A stretch of DNA of 64,000 nucleotides, taken from Dehalococcoidia bacterium. Lineage in GTDB: Bacteria; Chloroflexota; Dehalococcoidia; Plut-88900. The position numbers and the translations under genes were made by a program. The notes under the pieces are model-generated. The model was not told the origin of the DNA, did no database searches, and saw only the letters and a program-made list of their open reading frames with translations. Numbering within the stretch: the stretch's first letter is position 1; every line of letters begins with the position of its first letter. Positions 39,848 to 48,572 of the stretch are shown piece after piece. The stretch is from NCBI GenBank assembly GCA_965249275.1, contig CBDFLQ010000006.1, forward strand, positions 1-64,000, read 5' to 3'.

Positions 39848-40777
39848 CTACGGCTCCTCGCAAAAGGGTAGATTTAGACGGTAAGTGTATCTATCCGTAA
39901 TTGACCGCCATGTGTGCGGTTTACATCCTGCCAGTCGATTGCTGTACAGGGACAACGATTCCAGGTTGTCCAGATCCCCTAGCTCAGGGGGGATCTCTCC
40001 GGTAAACCTTCCATGGAGTTGTAGCACTTCTAACCTTCTCAGGTTGCCTAGCTCAGAGGGTATCTCTCCGGTAAACCCTCCGTGGAGATGTAGCACTTCT
40101 AACCTTCTCAGGTTGCCTAGCTCAGAGGGTATCTCTCCGGTAAACCCTCCGTGGAGATGTAGCACTTCTAACCTTCTCAGGTTGCCTAATTCAGGCGGTA
40201 TCTCTCCCGTCAAACCATAACCGTCGCTATTCAGGCGCAACTCTTTCAAGTTGTTCAGATTGCCTAGCTCAGGCGGTATCTCTCCCCTAATCCCTCCAAG
40301 GAGATCCAGCACTTCCAATTTGCTCAAATTGCCCAACTCAGGAGGTATTTCTCCGTTGTACCAATACGCCCCGAACCCCCGCGCTCCAATTTCTAACACG
40401 GTAATCCGCCCCCTGCCATCGGTTTTTATCCCTCCTATCCAGTTCTCATGCCCAGTAAACACATCGATATTTTCGAGGAACGTTTCCCACCTATCGAGAA
40501 GAGTGTCACCCTCTTGAATAGATGTCCTCCATAGCTGGATACTTGGGTCGGTCTCCCATTGATCGAAAGGTATGTGAAGGTATGGAGGAAGGAATTGTTC
40601 TGCGACTGTTCCATTGGTTGAGTGGAACAGTGCAACCATCGCAGCCCTGTCCGTTTCAGCGCTGCCCCCGTCCCCCGAGCAGGCCTGCGTCAGTAGGATT
40701 CCCCATACCATGACCAGCAGCAGCACAAATACGCGATTTATCCTCCACCCCACCCACCCTTTGAAAACGGTCATCAT
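39848..40777 (-). CDS. Plant-type leucine-rich-repeat lipoprotein (eukaryote-like protein)
   Basis: Signal ending TQAC; ETDRAAMVALFHSTNG cap; six GEIP(P/S)ELG(N/D)L repeats. Confidence 0.88.
   Translation of the reverse strand: MMTVFKGWVGWRINRVFVLLLVMVWGILLTQACSGDGGSAETDRAAMVALFHSTNGTVAEQFLPPYLHIPFDQWETDPSIQLWRTSIQEGDTLLDRWETFLENIDVFTGHENWIGGIKTDGRGRITVLEIGARGFGAYWYNGEIPPELGNLSKLEVLDLLGGIRGEIPPELGNLNNLKELRLNSDGYGLTGEIPPELGNLRRLEVLHLHGGFTGEIPSELGNLRRLEVLHLHGGFTGEIPSELGNLRRLEVLQLHGRFTGEIPPELGDLDNLESLSLYSNRLAGCKPHTWRSITDRYTYRLNLPFCEEP
40021..40188. repeat. Perfect 69-bp tandem repeat (about 2.4 units) inside the LRR gene
   Basis: Units start at 40021, 40090 and 40159; each encodes LRRLEVLHLHGGFTGEIPSELGN. 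Confidence 0.9.
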
Positions 40778-41802
40778 CCCCCCAACTCCCCCCTAACCAC
40801 CCGGGCCCCGTCGACCAGCGCCTTCAGCTTCAAGTAAGAGATCCACCGAGGCAACTGAAAGAAACCGCAGTCGGGGTTCAGGTGCAGCTTCTCGGCGGGC
40901 ACGTACTTCAACACCTCCCGTATCCTCTCCGCCACGTCTTCCGCCGTCTCCAGGTAGAAGGACTTTATGTCCACTACACCGGCCCCCAACTCCTTCTCTC
41001 CGTCAAACTGCTTCCAGATGTCGCTTTCACTCATCTCCCGGTTGGCGAATTCCAGCACCAGTTGGTCGGCCTTCACGTCGTTCAGAGCAGGGAACATCCA
41101 GCCGTACGTTCGCTTTCCTCGGGGCCTGCTCATAAGATTGCCGAAACAGATGTGCAGGGCGTGTTTCGCCTTCACGCCATCGATACAAGCGTTGTAAAGC
41201 CTCACCCATTCATCCACCTCACCGGGAACGACTGCATAGGAAGGCTCGTCCATCTGGATAAATTGCGCCCCCTCCGAGACCAAGGCCTTCAATTCTGCAT
41301 TGATCACCTCCGTCAGTTGCCAGCAAAGTTCCAGTTGATTCTTGTAGGCAGTCCCGGGCCTGATGTGGATGGTCATGGTCAAAGGCCCGGGACACGTGAC
41401 CTTGATCGGTTTGTTTGTATTGGCCTTGGTGAACTTGAACTCATCCACTATCCCCAGCCCAGAGGGCAAGGTGACTTTTTCGATCGCGCGGTATCGGGTC
41501 GGGGTGTCGTAGCCGTACAAGCCCGTCTTGCGCAACGGAGGTTCAACCGCGAGCCCCGTCATTCTCTTCGGAAAGCTCTGTACGAAGTACCACCGACGCA
41601 TCTCCCCATCCGACACCATGTCAATGCCGGCCCGCTCCTGGTCCAGGATCGCCATTCTGCAAGCGTCGTCGTAGACTTCCCGGATGTCGGTCTCACCATA
41701 CTCACCCTGATCAATCTTTTCCAAAGCCGTAAGGAGCCAGCCGGGATACGCATAGCTCCCGATAACGCTTGTAGGCAGAATTGGAAGAGTCTCGTTGCTC
41801 AT
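40774..41802 (-). CDS. Cobalamin-independent methionine synthase, catalytic-domain-only (MetE-C/core type)
   Basis: GSYAYP, SDGEMRR, PGPLT, QMDEP, HICFGN, NPDCG; AGGAG RBS. Confidence 0.88.
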   Translation of the reverse strand: MSNETLPILPTSVIGSYAYPGWLLTALEKIDQGEYGETDIREVYDDACRMAILDQERAGIDMVSDGEMRRWYFVQSFPKRMTGLAVEPPLRKTGLYGYDTPTRYRAIEKVTLPSGLGIVDEFKFTKANTNKPIKVTCPGPLTMTIHIRPGTAYKNQLELCWQLTEVINAELKALVSEGAQFIQMDEPSYAVVPGEVDEWVRLYNACIDGVKAKHALHICFGNLMSRPRGKRTYGWMFPALNDVKADQLVLEFANREMSESDIWKQFDGEKELGAGVVDIKSFYLETAEDVAERIREVLKYVPAEKLHLNPDCGFFQLPRWISYLKLKALVDGARVVRGELGG

Positions 41803-41879
41803 GTGCCTGCTCCTTCTTTGTAATGGCACCAGTCTATAGGAACCACTTCCCTTCAACAAAACCTTACCCTCCGCCTTCC

Positions 41880-41910
41880 GTCATTCCCGTGACCCGACAA
41901 GAAAATCCAG
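41880..41910 (+). repeat. Degenerate family 1 repeat
   Basis: GTCATTCCCGTGACCCGACAAGAAAATCCAG. Confidence 0.55.
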
Positions 41911-41955
41911 ACCCAGGGGCTGATCCCGTTCACAAAGAGGGATGACATCACCCCC

Positions 41956-41984
41956 TTGACATTATAAGACATGTGTTCTATTAT
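41956..41984 (+). promoter_or_regulatory. sigma70 promoter with a degenerate LexA-type box abutting the -10
   Basis: TTGACA-17 bp-TATTAT; AGAC-ATGT-GTTC at 41967-41978 vs GAAC-N4-GTTC. Confidence 0.6.
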
Positions 41985-42079
41985 TGGGCCAGTCTAGACC
42001 ACCACACTCAACCACCTTAAGGAGGTACCAAAAACTAGGGAAGCCCACCCGGCCCACCCGAGGACTCAACGCCCAAGCC

Positions 42080-42640
42080 CATCCCAACGGCCCATACACG
42101 GGGCCCGCGGCACAAGCGAAAGTGGAACATCCGCCTATGGAGGACCGCCATCTCCTCATCCCACCGGGTCTCGTGTCCCCTTCCCTGACCACCCAGGCGA
42201 TGGAGGGTCCATCGACTCTACGCGGCACGCCCCCTTCCAGGGGCCCCTGCCGAATCGGTGCCCCCTATCAGGGGAGCGCCTATGCGTCGGCATCTACTTT
42301 GCCGGCGAAGCTAAACGGCCCGGCGTTACCGGGATTAGGGCCATCAAGCCCCTACGCGGCTCCACCGTCGTCACCATCGGCGAACTCCATTCCGCCCATG
42401 ACGACTTCGAGCCGAATGCTGTCCCGCACAGCGGTCGAGCGCTGATGCGGGACGGATTGCCCCACCCAGGGACGCCCTCGACACCGGCAAGTCCCCAAAG
42501 GCATGCGTGGGGATACGGCAGGACAGCCGCCGATGTGATAGATCCGCTGTGGTGGACCACAAGCGTCGGCGTAGGTGCCATAGTCATCCTTCATCAGAGT
42601 CCCGGACCTTCCATCGCCTTCCCCTCACCACTAGACAGAA
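42080..42640 (+). pseudogene. Decayed terminase-large-subunit-like fragment A (boundaries approximate)
   Basis: Homologous to 57608-58330; reads GSAYA/VGIYFAGEA..RGSTVVTIGEL..GLPH..WGYGRTAAD..SVGVGA..GPSIAFP with a frameshift near 42285; family call is from remembered motifs. Confidence 0.5.
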
Positions 42641-42804
42641 CCGGAACCCCACAATCGAAGATCCGCCTCAGGAGGACTGAAGAAAAGGCAGGTGTGTCAC
42701 TAGTCTACCGAACGAGTACAGGGGCACGACCACCCCACCCAACATGCGCTATAATCTTTTCGGCCAAGTTGATACTAGTCCCACATAGCCTGACGGGATT
42801 GCAC

Positions 42805-43968
42805 ATGACTAACAAAAACCTGTTCCCCGTATCCGTAGTCGGCAGTTGGGCCCGGCCCCCGTGGGTCGTGCAGGCCCTTCGCAAGAAGCAAGCCGGCGAA
42901 CTTTCGCAAGACAAGTTCGACGAAATCGCCGACCAGGCTGTTCTCCTCGCCATCAAGTACCAGGAAGACGCTGGAGTCGATATCATCACCGACGGCGAGA
43001 TGCGAAGGGACAACTTCTACTCCTTCGCAGTCGACAAGCTGAACGGCATGCGCCTGATGAAGGTCTCCGAGCTCATGGACTACATGAAGGACCGAGCCTC
43101 CTTCGAAGAGGTGCTCAGGGCCCTGGACGTGCCCGCCTTCGCCATCAAGAGCCCCATCGCCATCGACAAGTTGTCGGCCCGCGATGGCCTCGCCCTGGAC
43201 GAAGCTGACTTCCTAATGGACCACACCGACAAGCAGACCAAGATCCCCCTCCCCGGCCCCTACCTTCTCACCAAGTCCGCATGGTTCGAAGGCCTCTCCG
43301 ACACCGCTTACCCGGACCAGGAAGACCTTTCCAGGGACGTGATTGGCATCTTGCGGGAAGAGGTCCTAAGGCTGAAGGAGCGGGGCGTCGACTTCATCCA
43401 GTTCGACGAGCCCACCCTCTCCCAGGTCGTCTACGGAGACGAAAGCGCCGAGACTTTCATGTGCGCCGCCATGGCCACCCGTAAAGACCCTCGCGACGAG
43501 CTTGAGTCCGCCGTACGCATGATGAACGAGACCGTCGAGGGCATTGATGGCGTCAGGTTTGGCGTCCACGTCTGCCGGGGCAACTGGAGCCGCAAGGAAA
43601 ACGTCTTGCTTAAGGGCAACTACGGCCCCCTCCTCCCCTATCTCATGGCCATGAACATCGACCAGCTCGTCCTCGAATACGCCACCCCTAGGGCCGGGGA
43701 GATGGAGGTCTTCAAGGAGTTCCGCAACGAAAAGGAGATCGGCTTGGGCGTCGTGAACCCGCGCACCGAGGAAGTCGAGTCTCCCGACCAGATCGTGGAG
43801 CGGGTCCGCGAGGCCCTCGACTACTTTGAGCCCGAGCAGGTCTTCCTCAACCCCGACTGCGGTTTCGGCACCTTCGCCGAGCGCTCCATGAACACCGACC
43901 CCATCGCCTACAAGAAGCTCCAGTCCATAACCACGGCCGCAGAGAAGCTAAGAGTAGAGTTCGGTTAG
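42805..43968 (+). CDS. Cobalamin-independent methionine synthase II family protein (catalytic domain only)
   Basis: VVGSWARP, TDGEMRR, PGPY, QFDEP, HVCRGN, LEYATPRAG, NPDCGF. Confidence 0.9.
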   Translation: MTNKNLFPVSVVGSWARPPWVVQALRKKQAGELSQDKFDEIADQAVLLAIKYQEDAGVDIITDGEMRRDNFYSFAVDKLNGMRLMKVSELMDYMKDRASFEEVLRALDVPAFAIKSPIAIDKLSARDGLALDEADFLMDHTDKQTKIPLPGPYLLTKSAWFEGLSDTAYPDQEDLSRDVIGILREEVLRLKERGVDFIQFDEPTLSQVVYGDESAETFMCAAMATRKDPRDELESAVRMMNETVEGIDGVRFGVHVCRGNWSRKENVLLKGNYGPLLPYLMAMNIDQLVLEYATPRAGEMEVFKEFRNEKEIGLGVVNPRTEEVESPDQIVERVREALDYFEPEQVFLNPDCGFGTFAERSMNTDPIAYKKLQSITTAAEKLRVEFG

Positions 43969-44014
43969 TAACCAGCCCGACCGCCTACAGGTCCGCCTTT
44001 GGAGGAATAAAACA

Positions 44015-44536
44015 ATGGCAGAAGAGTTGAATGGGCTTAGACCCGAAAAGTTGAACGAGATTCTCAACTCCCTCAAAGACCCAGAGGTCAAGAAAGCCAT
44101 CAGCGGCCCCTGGCGTTCCCGCGTAAGGTGGCAGACCGGCTTCAAGGGCAAGGCCTACACCCGTACCCACACCGTCGACTTTGACGAGCCCGAAGGCCTC
44201 GACGCGACCGACACCGCCGCTTCCGCCCACGAGCACATCCTCTCCGCCGTCGGTGGCTGCATGATGGTCGGCTTCGTCCTCAACGCCACCAAGCGCGGCA
44301 TCAAGATCAACGACCTTGAAATCGCCCTCGAAGGCCACTTTGACAACATCCTCAAGTGGGCTGGGCTTGACGACGGTAACCCCGGCTACGGCAAAATCAA
44401 TGCCAAGATCTACGTATCCGCCGACGCCGACGAAGATGCCCTCAGAGAGGTCTGGAAGCTCGCCGTCGAAGGCTCGCCCGTCGCCAACACCGTGGCCCGC
44501 GCCACAGAGATCATCCCCGAGTTCGAAAAGATATAA
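44015..44536 (+). CDS. OsmC family protein
   Basis: DEPEGL, EHILSAVGGC, GIKINDLEIALEG, SPVANT; GGAGG RBS. Confidence 0.88.
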   Translation: MAEELNGLRPEKLNEILNSLKDPEVKKAISGPWRSRVRWQTGFKGKAYTRTHTVDFDEPEGLDATDTAASAHEHILSAVGGCMMVGFVLNATKRGIKINDLEIALEGHFDNILKWAGLDDGNPGYGKINAKIYVSADADEDALREVWKLAVEGSPVANTVARATEIIPEFEKI

Positions 44537-44571
44537 GTCCTTGCCTGCTATCTCTCCTTGGAAAAACAGAG

Positions 44572-44610
44572 TTGTCGGAGATTGCGTTGCAATCTCCGAC
44601 AATTTAATTC
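44572..44610 (+). terminator. Perfect 14-bp hairpin plus T-rich tail; candidate intrinsic terminator or REP
   Basis: TTGTCGGAGATTGC-GTT-GCAATCTCCGACAA-TTTAATTC. Confidence 0.6.
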
Positions 44611-44629
44611 TTAATGAGAAGGTGGGGAA

Positions 44630-45409
44630 TTGAGCCCCGTAACCTGGGTCACCCCCGACTGGGTCCGAGAACATCTCGCTGACCCCGACATCATCCTCCT
44701 AGACCCCCGACGCCCGATGAAGTACATGTCGGGCCACCTCAAAGGGGCTGTCAACCTTCCCGTCTACACCGCATTCGACGAAGAAGCTCGCCTGATGGAC
44801 CCCGAGCCCCTCGCTCGCTGGGCCGCCGACGCGGGCCTCACCAACAATCGCACCCCTCTCCTCTACGACTCTGTCGACGGCCAGACCGGCGCAATGTTGT
44901 CTTGGGTTCTCCAGTATCTCGGCTGCCCCGAAGTCCTTCTGATGGACACTTTCTTCGAAGGCTGGGCCAAGGCTGGCGGAGAGGTTTTCTACCGCCCTGT
45001 CCCTCCCACCCCCGCCGAATTCTCTCCCACTCCCAACGAATCGATCAGGGCTCGGTGGGAGGATGCCTCACGGGCTTCCAACGCCTCGCTTATAGACTTT
45101 AGAAGCGAGCTTGAATACTTAGGTCGGGACGACGAGCCGGGGACCGGAGGCCACCTCCCTGGCGCCCGACACCTCGAATGGCGCTCTCTTGTGGGAGAAA
45201 ACAACGCCTACCTCGCCCCCGACGACACCCTTGCCTCGATGCTTCAGCCCCTAGCAGCCGACTCACGCGAGGTCGTCGCTTACTGCCGCACCGGGCCCCG
45301 GGCCTCCCTCGGCTTCCTCGCCCTCTCGAAGCTCGGTTACACTCCTAAGCTCTACGACGGCTCCATCACCGACTGGCTCCGCCACAACGGCCCCCTGGAA
45401 ACGTCCTAA
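44630..45409 (+). CDS. Sulfurtransferase (tandem rhodanese domains)
   Basis: GHLKGAV, GHLPGA, YCRTGPRAS, LYDGSITDW; TTG start. Confidence 0.9.
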   Translation: MSPVTWVTPDWVREHLADPDIILLDPRRPMKYMSGHLKGAVNLPVYTAFDEEARLMDPEPLARWAADAGLTNNRTPLLYDSVDGQTGAMLSWVLQYLGCPEVLLMDTFFEGWAKAGGEVFYRPVPPTPAEFSPTPNESIRARWEDASRASNASLIDFRSELEYLGRDDEPGTGGHLPGARHLEWRSLVGENNAYLAPDDTLASMLQPLAADSREVVAYCRTGPRASLGFLALSKLGYTPKLYDGSITDWLRHNGPLETS

Positions 45410-45425
45410 CTCTTCTCCCCAGCCC

Positions 45426-45580
45426 GTAGGGACAACCGGCTGGTCGCCCTCCTCTCACCCCTTGAACGTCATTTCCGTGCTCCAACGCGGGCAGAAGGGG
45501 CGCCGTGGCGTGAATCCAGGGGAGGGGCCGCTCACCCTGAGCCGAGTCGAAGGGTCGAGCGGGGGGTGCCCGCGTAATGC
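45426..45580 (+). repeat. Composite repeat cluster (GTAG REP + family 1 variant + family 2)
   Basis: GTAGGGACAACCGGCTGGTCGCCCT; CGTCATTTCC..GAATCCA; CCGCTCACCCTGAGCCGAGTCGAAGGGTCGAGCGG; homologous to about 965-1105 on the minus strand. Confidence 0.75.
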
Positions 45581-45611
45581 CAACCCCTCATGGTTCCCCA
45601 ACGCCAGCCCC

Positions 45612-46709
45612 TCAATTCACCGCAAACCCATACAAGGCCGCCGCATTCTCCCTCACGATTTTCCTCTTAGCATCCTCGCCGATTCCGGCGAACTGCCTCT
45701 CCACTACCTCACGGGAATGGGGCCATGTCCCCTCGTGGTGGGGGTAGTCGTTGCCCCACAGCAATCTTTCGGGCCCGTAGTAGTCCAACGTGGTCATAGC
45801 TACAGGGTCGTCCCCGAAGGTCACATATCCCTGCCTCTTGAAATACTCACTGGGCAGCATGTCCAGCTTAGGCCGGGCATACATGTGGTGCTTCTGGTAG
45901 GCCTCGTCCATCGCGTGGAGCTCCCAGGCCAGCCACCCCGCCCCCGACTCCACGATCACGAAGTCCATCTTCGGATGGTCCATCAGAACCCCTGAGGAGC
46001 ACAGGTAGACCAGCAGCTCAATCCCGTCCACCAGCGCGCCCATGATGTAGTTGATCACCGCTCCCCCCGGCCCCCGCTCCACCCTCGGGTCCCGACCGCT
46101 GCTTATGTGAAAGTTCAGCGGGACGCCGGTCTCTTCTACCGTTTCCCAGATCGGCTTGTATTCGACACGATTGTAAGGCGGGTCCACGACGCTCGGCAGG
46201 AAGAACGATCCCATCCCCAACCCCGCCGCCCGGCGCATCTCCTGGCAAGCCCAGGGGATGTCGATAACCGGGATCAAGGCTGCCATTGCAAACCGGTCCC
46301 TTCGGCTGCCGAACAGTTCCGTCGTCCAGTCGTTATAGACCCGTGCCACCTCACCTTGGAATTCAGCGTCGGGGGAACAAGCCATCTCCAACCCGAACGT
46401 GCCGGGATAGACCACCTCCGCCCCGACCCCATCGATGTCCTGTGCGTTGAGCCTGTATCCCACGTCCCAACCTTGCAGCCGGCCCTGTTCCCTCAGCTTG
46501 TCCTCGTCCGTTTTCTCGTCCGACCCCATTGCCATTTTCTTTGGCCGCATGCCGTCCTGGATCATCAGCCGCTTCCCGTCCCGCACCTCGATATGCGGGG
46601 CCTTGTGCCGAAGGTGCACAGGCAGTCTCTCCTGCCAAAGCTCCAGGGGCTCGTCCACGTGTGAGTCCGCCGATATCAGCTTATCTTCAAACATATCCCT
46701 CTCCTGCAT
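45612..46709 (-). CDS. Amidohydrolase family protein (Amidohydro_2)
   Basis: ISADSHVDEP, LNFH, VESGAGW, WGNDYPHHEGTWP; start 46709 or 46694. Confidence 0.92.
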   Translation of the reverse strand: MQERDMFEDKLISADSHVDEPLELWQERLPVHLRHKAPHIEVRDGKRLMIQDGMRPKKMAMGSDEKTDEDKLREQGRLQGWDVGYRLNAQDIDGVGAEVVYPGTFGLEMACSPDAEFQGEVARVYNDWTTELFGSRRDRFAMAALIPVIDIPWACQEMRRAAGLGMGSFFLPSVVDPPYNRVEYKPIWETVEETGVPLNFHISSGRDPRVERGPGGAVINYIMGALVDGIELLVYLCSSGVLMDHPKMDFVIVESGAGWLAWELHAMDEAYQKHHMYARPKLDMLPSEYFKRQGYVTFGDDPVAMTTLDYYGPERLLWGNDYPHHEGTWPHSREVVERQFAGIGEDAKRKIVRENAAALYGFAVN

Positions 46710-46798
46710 CCAGAAATAACACTATTGTTGATGCCCCACTTTAGCATGTCCCTACCCTTCCCTAAGCCTCATAATATTCGTAATTCTAGTAATTGCAA

Positions 46799-46830
46799 TG
46801 TCATCCCGAGGCTCCGCGAGGGATCTAAAG
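46799..46830 (+). repeat. Family 1 palindromic repeat
   Basis: TGTCATCCCGAGGCTCCGCGAGGGATCTAAAG. Confidence 0.8.
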
Positions 46831-46916
46831 CGCTCGCCCAGAATCCACCCATCGTTACGCCCAACACGCGCCGCTCCCCTCTAGCCTCTCAGGCCCCAAC
46901 CCCTTATCATCCCACC

Positions 46917-48386
46917 ATGTCCAGAAAGATCGGCTACCAGTCAAAACTCACCTCCCCCGAGGAGGCCGTCCGAGTCGTTAAGTCCGGCGACCTCGTCTAC
47001 ATCCCCGCCCCGCCCCAGCCCTCAGCCGTCATGCAGGCCCTCGCAGACCGCCGCGACGAGCTACGCAACGTAAAGGTCTGCATAGACAGCCACGTCTTCG
47101 ATCCCGGATGGCTCCAACCCGGATGGGGCGATTCCTTCTATATCGTCACCGAACAGTTCCTGGGCCTTGGTATCGACGCCTACAACGACCATCATATAGA
47201 TTACTCACCCCTCCTCAATACAACCCGTATCCCCAGCCTCCTGGCAAAGGGCGTCCCCAGGCCCATCGACGTTATTCTCATCCTGGTCTCGCCCCCCGAC
47301 GCCAACGGCTTCTGCAGCTTCGGCTACGCCCCCTGGGACAAGGCCAAGTTGGCGAAACTCTCCAAGGTCGTTCTAGCCCAGGTCGACGAGACCCAGATCC
47401 GCACCCATGGGTCCAACTACATCCACGTAGACGACATCGACATGATGGTCGAGCACACCGACCCCCTTCTCTCCGAAGAAGAGGCCAACCAGACCATCTA
47501 CTCCTCCTCAGAGCCCGATGTACGCTCACTCCTTACAACCCTTCTCCCAAAGATGTCCCTCGACGAGCGCACCCGCTACCTCCCCCAGTTGGCCGTCTTG
47601 ACTGCCAAGCAGGTGCGCACCTTCGCCTCCCGAATGGGCTGGACTGAACCCCCTGAAATCGCAAGGTCCGTCGCCGACTATGTCGCAGAGTTAGTCCCGG
47701 ACGGTGCGACATTGCAGACCGGCATAGGAACTCCCGGAGGATATCTTCCGATGCTAGGCGCTTTCGACGGCAAGCAGGACCTCGGCTGGCACTCGGAACT
47801 GGTGGCACCCGGCGCACTTTCGTTGATAGAGCGTGGTATTTTCACCGGGGCCCGAAAGACCATCCACCGCGACAAGGCAATCTTCACCTGCCTGCACGGC
47901 GCAACCGCCCCCGAGATTGAGTTCGCCCACAACAACCCTGCCATAGAGCTCCTCTCCTCCGACTACGTCGTCAACGCCCGCACAATCGCCCAGCACGACA
48001 ACATGGTCTCCATAAACAATGCCCTTTCCGTAGACCTGACCGGCCAGATCAACGCCGAGTCCGTCTTTGGCGCTCGGCAGATCAGCGGTACGGGCGGCCA
48101 GCTGGATTTCCAGTTAGGCGCAATCATGTCCAATGGGGGTCGGGCCTTGACCCTCCTCTGGTCTACGGCCCTCGACGGCGCGGTGTCTCGGATTGTCCCC
48201 CAGCTGGAGGAACGCAGCGTCGTAACCGTGCCCCGCACCTTCGCCGACACCATAGTCACCGAGTACGGCATCGCCCGACTTCTCGGCAAGTCCATCCGGG
48301 AACGGGCCCAGGAGCTCATCAACGTCGCCCACCCCAACTTCCGCCCCGAGCTCAAAAAAGCCGCCGAACGCCTCTTCTATCCCTAG
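46917..48386 (+). CDS. Acetyl-CoA hydrolase/4-hydroxybutyrate CoA-transferase family
   Basis: SPPDANGFCSFG, LQTGIG, WHSE, VDLTGQINAE, SGTGGQLDF, IVTEYGIA, AHPNFR. Confidence 0.9.
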   Translation: MSRKIGYQSKLTSPEEAVRVVKSGDLVYIPAPPQPSAVMQALADRRDELRNVKVCIDSHVFDPGWLQPGWGDSFYIVTEQFLGLGIDAYNDHHIDYSPLLNTTRIPSLLAKGVPRPIDVILILVSPPDANGFCSFGYAPWDKAKLAKLSKVVLAQVDETQIRTHGSNYIHVDDIDMMVEHTDPLLSEEEANQTIYSSSEPDVRSLLTTLLPKMSLDERTRYLPQLAVLTAKQVRTFASRMGWTEPPEIARSVADYVAELVPDGATLQTGIGTPGGYLPMLGAFDGKQDLGWHSELVAPGALSLIERGIFTGARKTIHRDKAIFTCLHGATAPEIEFAHNNPAIELLSSDYVVNARTIAQHDNMVSINNALSVDLTGQINAESVFGARQISGTGGQLDFQLGAIMSNGGRALTLLWSTALDGAVSRIVPQLEERSVVTVPRTFADTIVTEYGIARLLGKSIRERAQELINVAHPNFRPELKKAAERLFYP

Positions 48387-48412
48387 CCACTGGCCGAACG
48401 GGGGTAGGGAGT

Positions 48413-48450
48413 CCGCTCGCCCTGAGCCCGTCGAAGGGTCAACCGAGCGG
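48413..48450 (+). repeat. Family 2 repeat (CCCTGAGC..GTCGAAGGG)
   Basis: TCGCCCTGAGCCCGTCGAAGGGTCAACCGAGCG, identical to 61759-61791. Confidence 0.85.
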
Positions 48451-48518
48451 ACGGGGCGGGGATGCTTGCTCACCCCACCCCCCCACCACCCCTCCCCTAC
48501 TCAATCCGTTCCCCCCGG

Positions 48519-48543
48519 TGGTAACATGTAAGTTACGTAACTT
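48519..48543 (+). promoter_or_regulatory. Extended -10 plus perfect 14-bp palindromic operator candidate
   Basis: TGGTAACAT (48519-48527) then AAGTTACGTAACTT (48530-48543). Confidence 0.55.
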
Positions 48544-48572
48544 GGCGAACACAGCAAAGAGAGACCATCCTA

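Noticed and set aside
40021-40188. CRISPR array
   Set aside because: Repeats are contiguous and in-frame, with no spacers and no cas genes.
42445-42804. 120-aa N-terminal extension or fusion on the MetE-like ORF
   Set aside because: The extension is the decayed terminase-like frame plus spacer; MetE homology starts at ATG 42805, which has its own upstream TATAAT.
41803-42804. SAM or cobalamin riboswitch upstream of the MetE-like genes
   Set aside because: No recognisable SAM-I or B12-box consensus; the region is explained by homology to 57.5-58.3 kb. An Rfam scan is still advisable.
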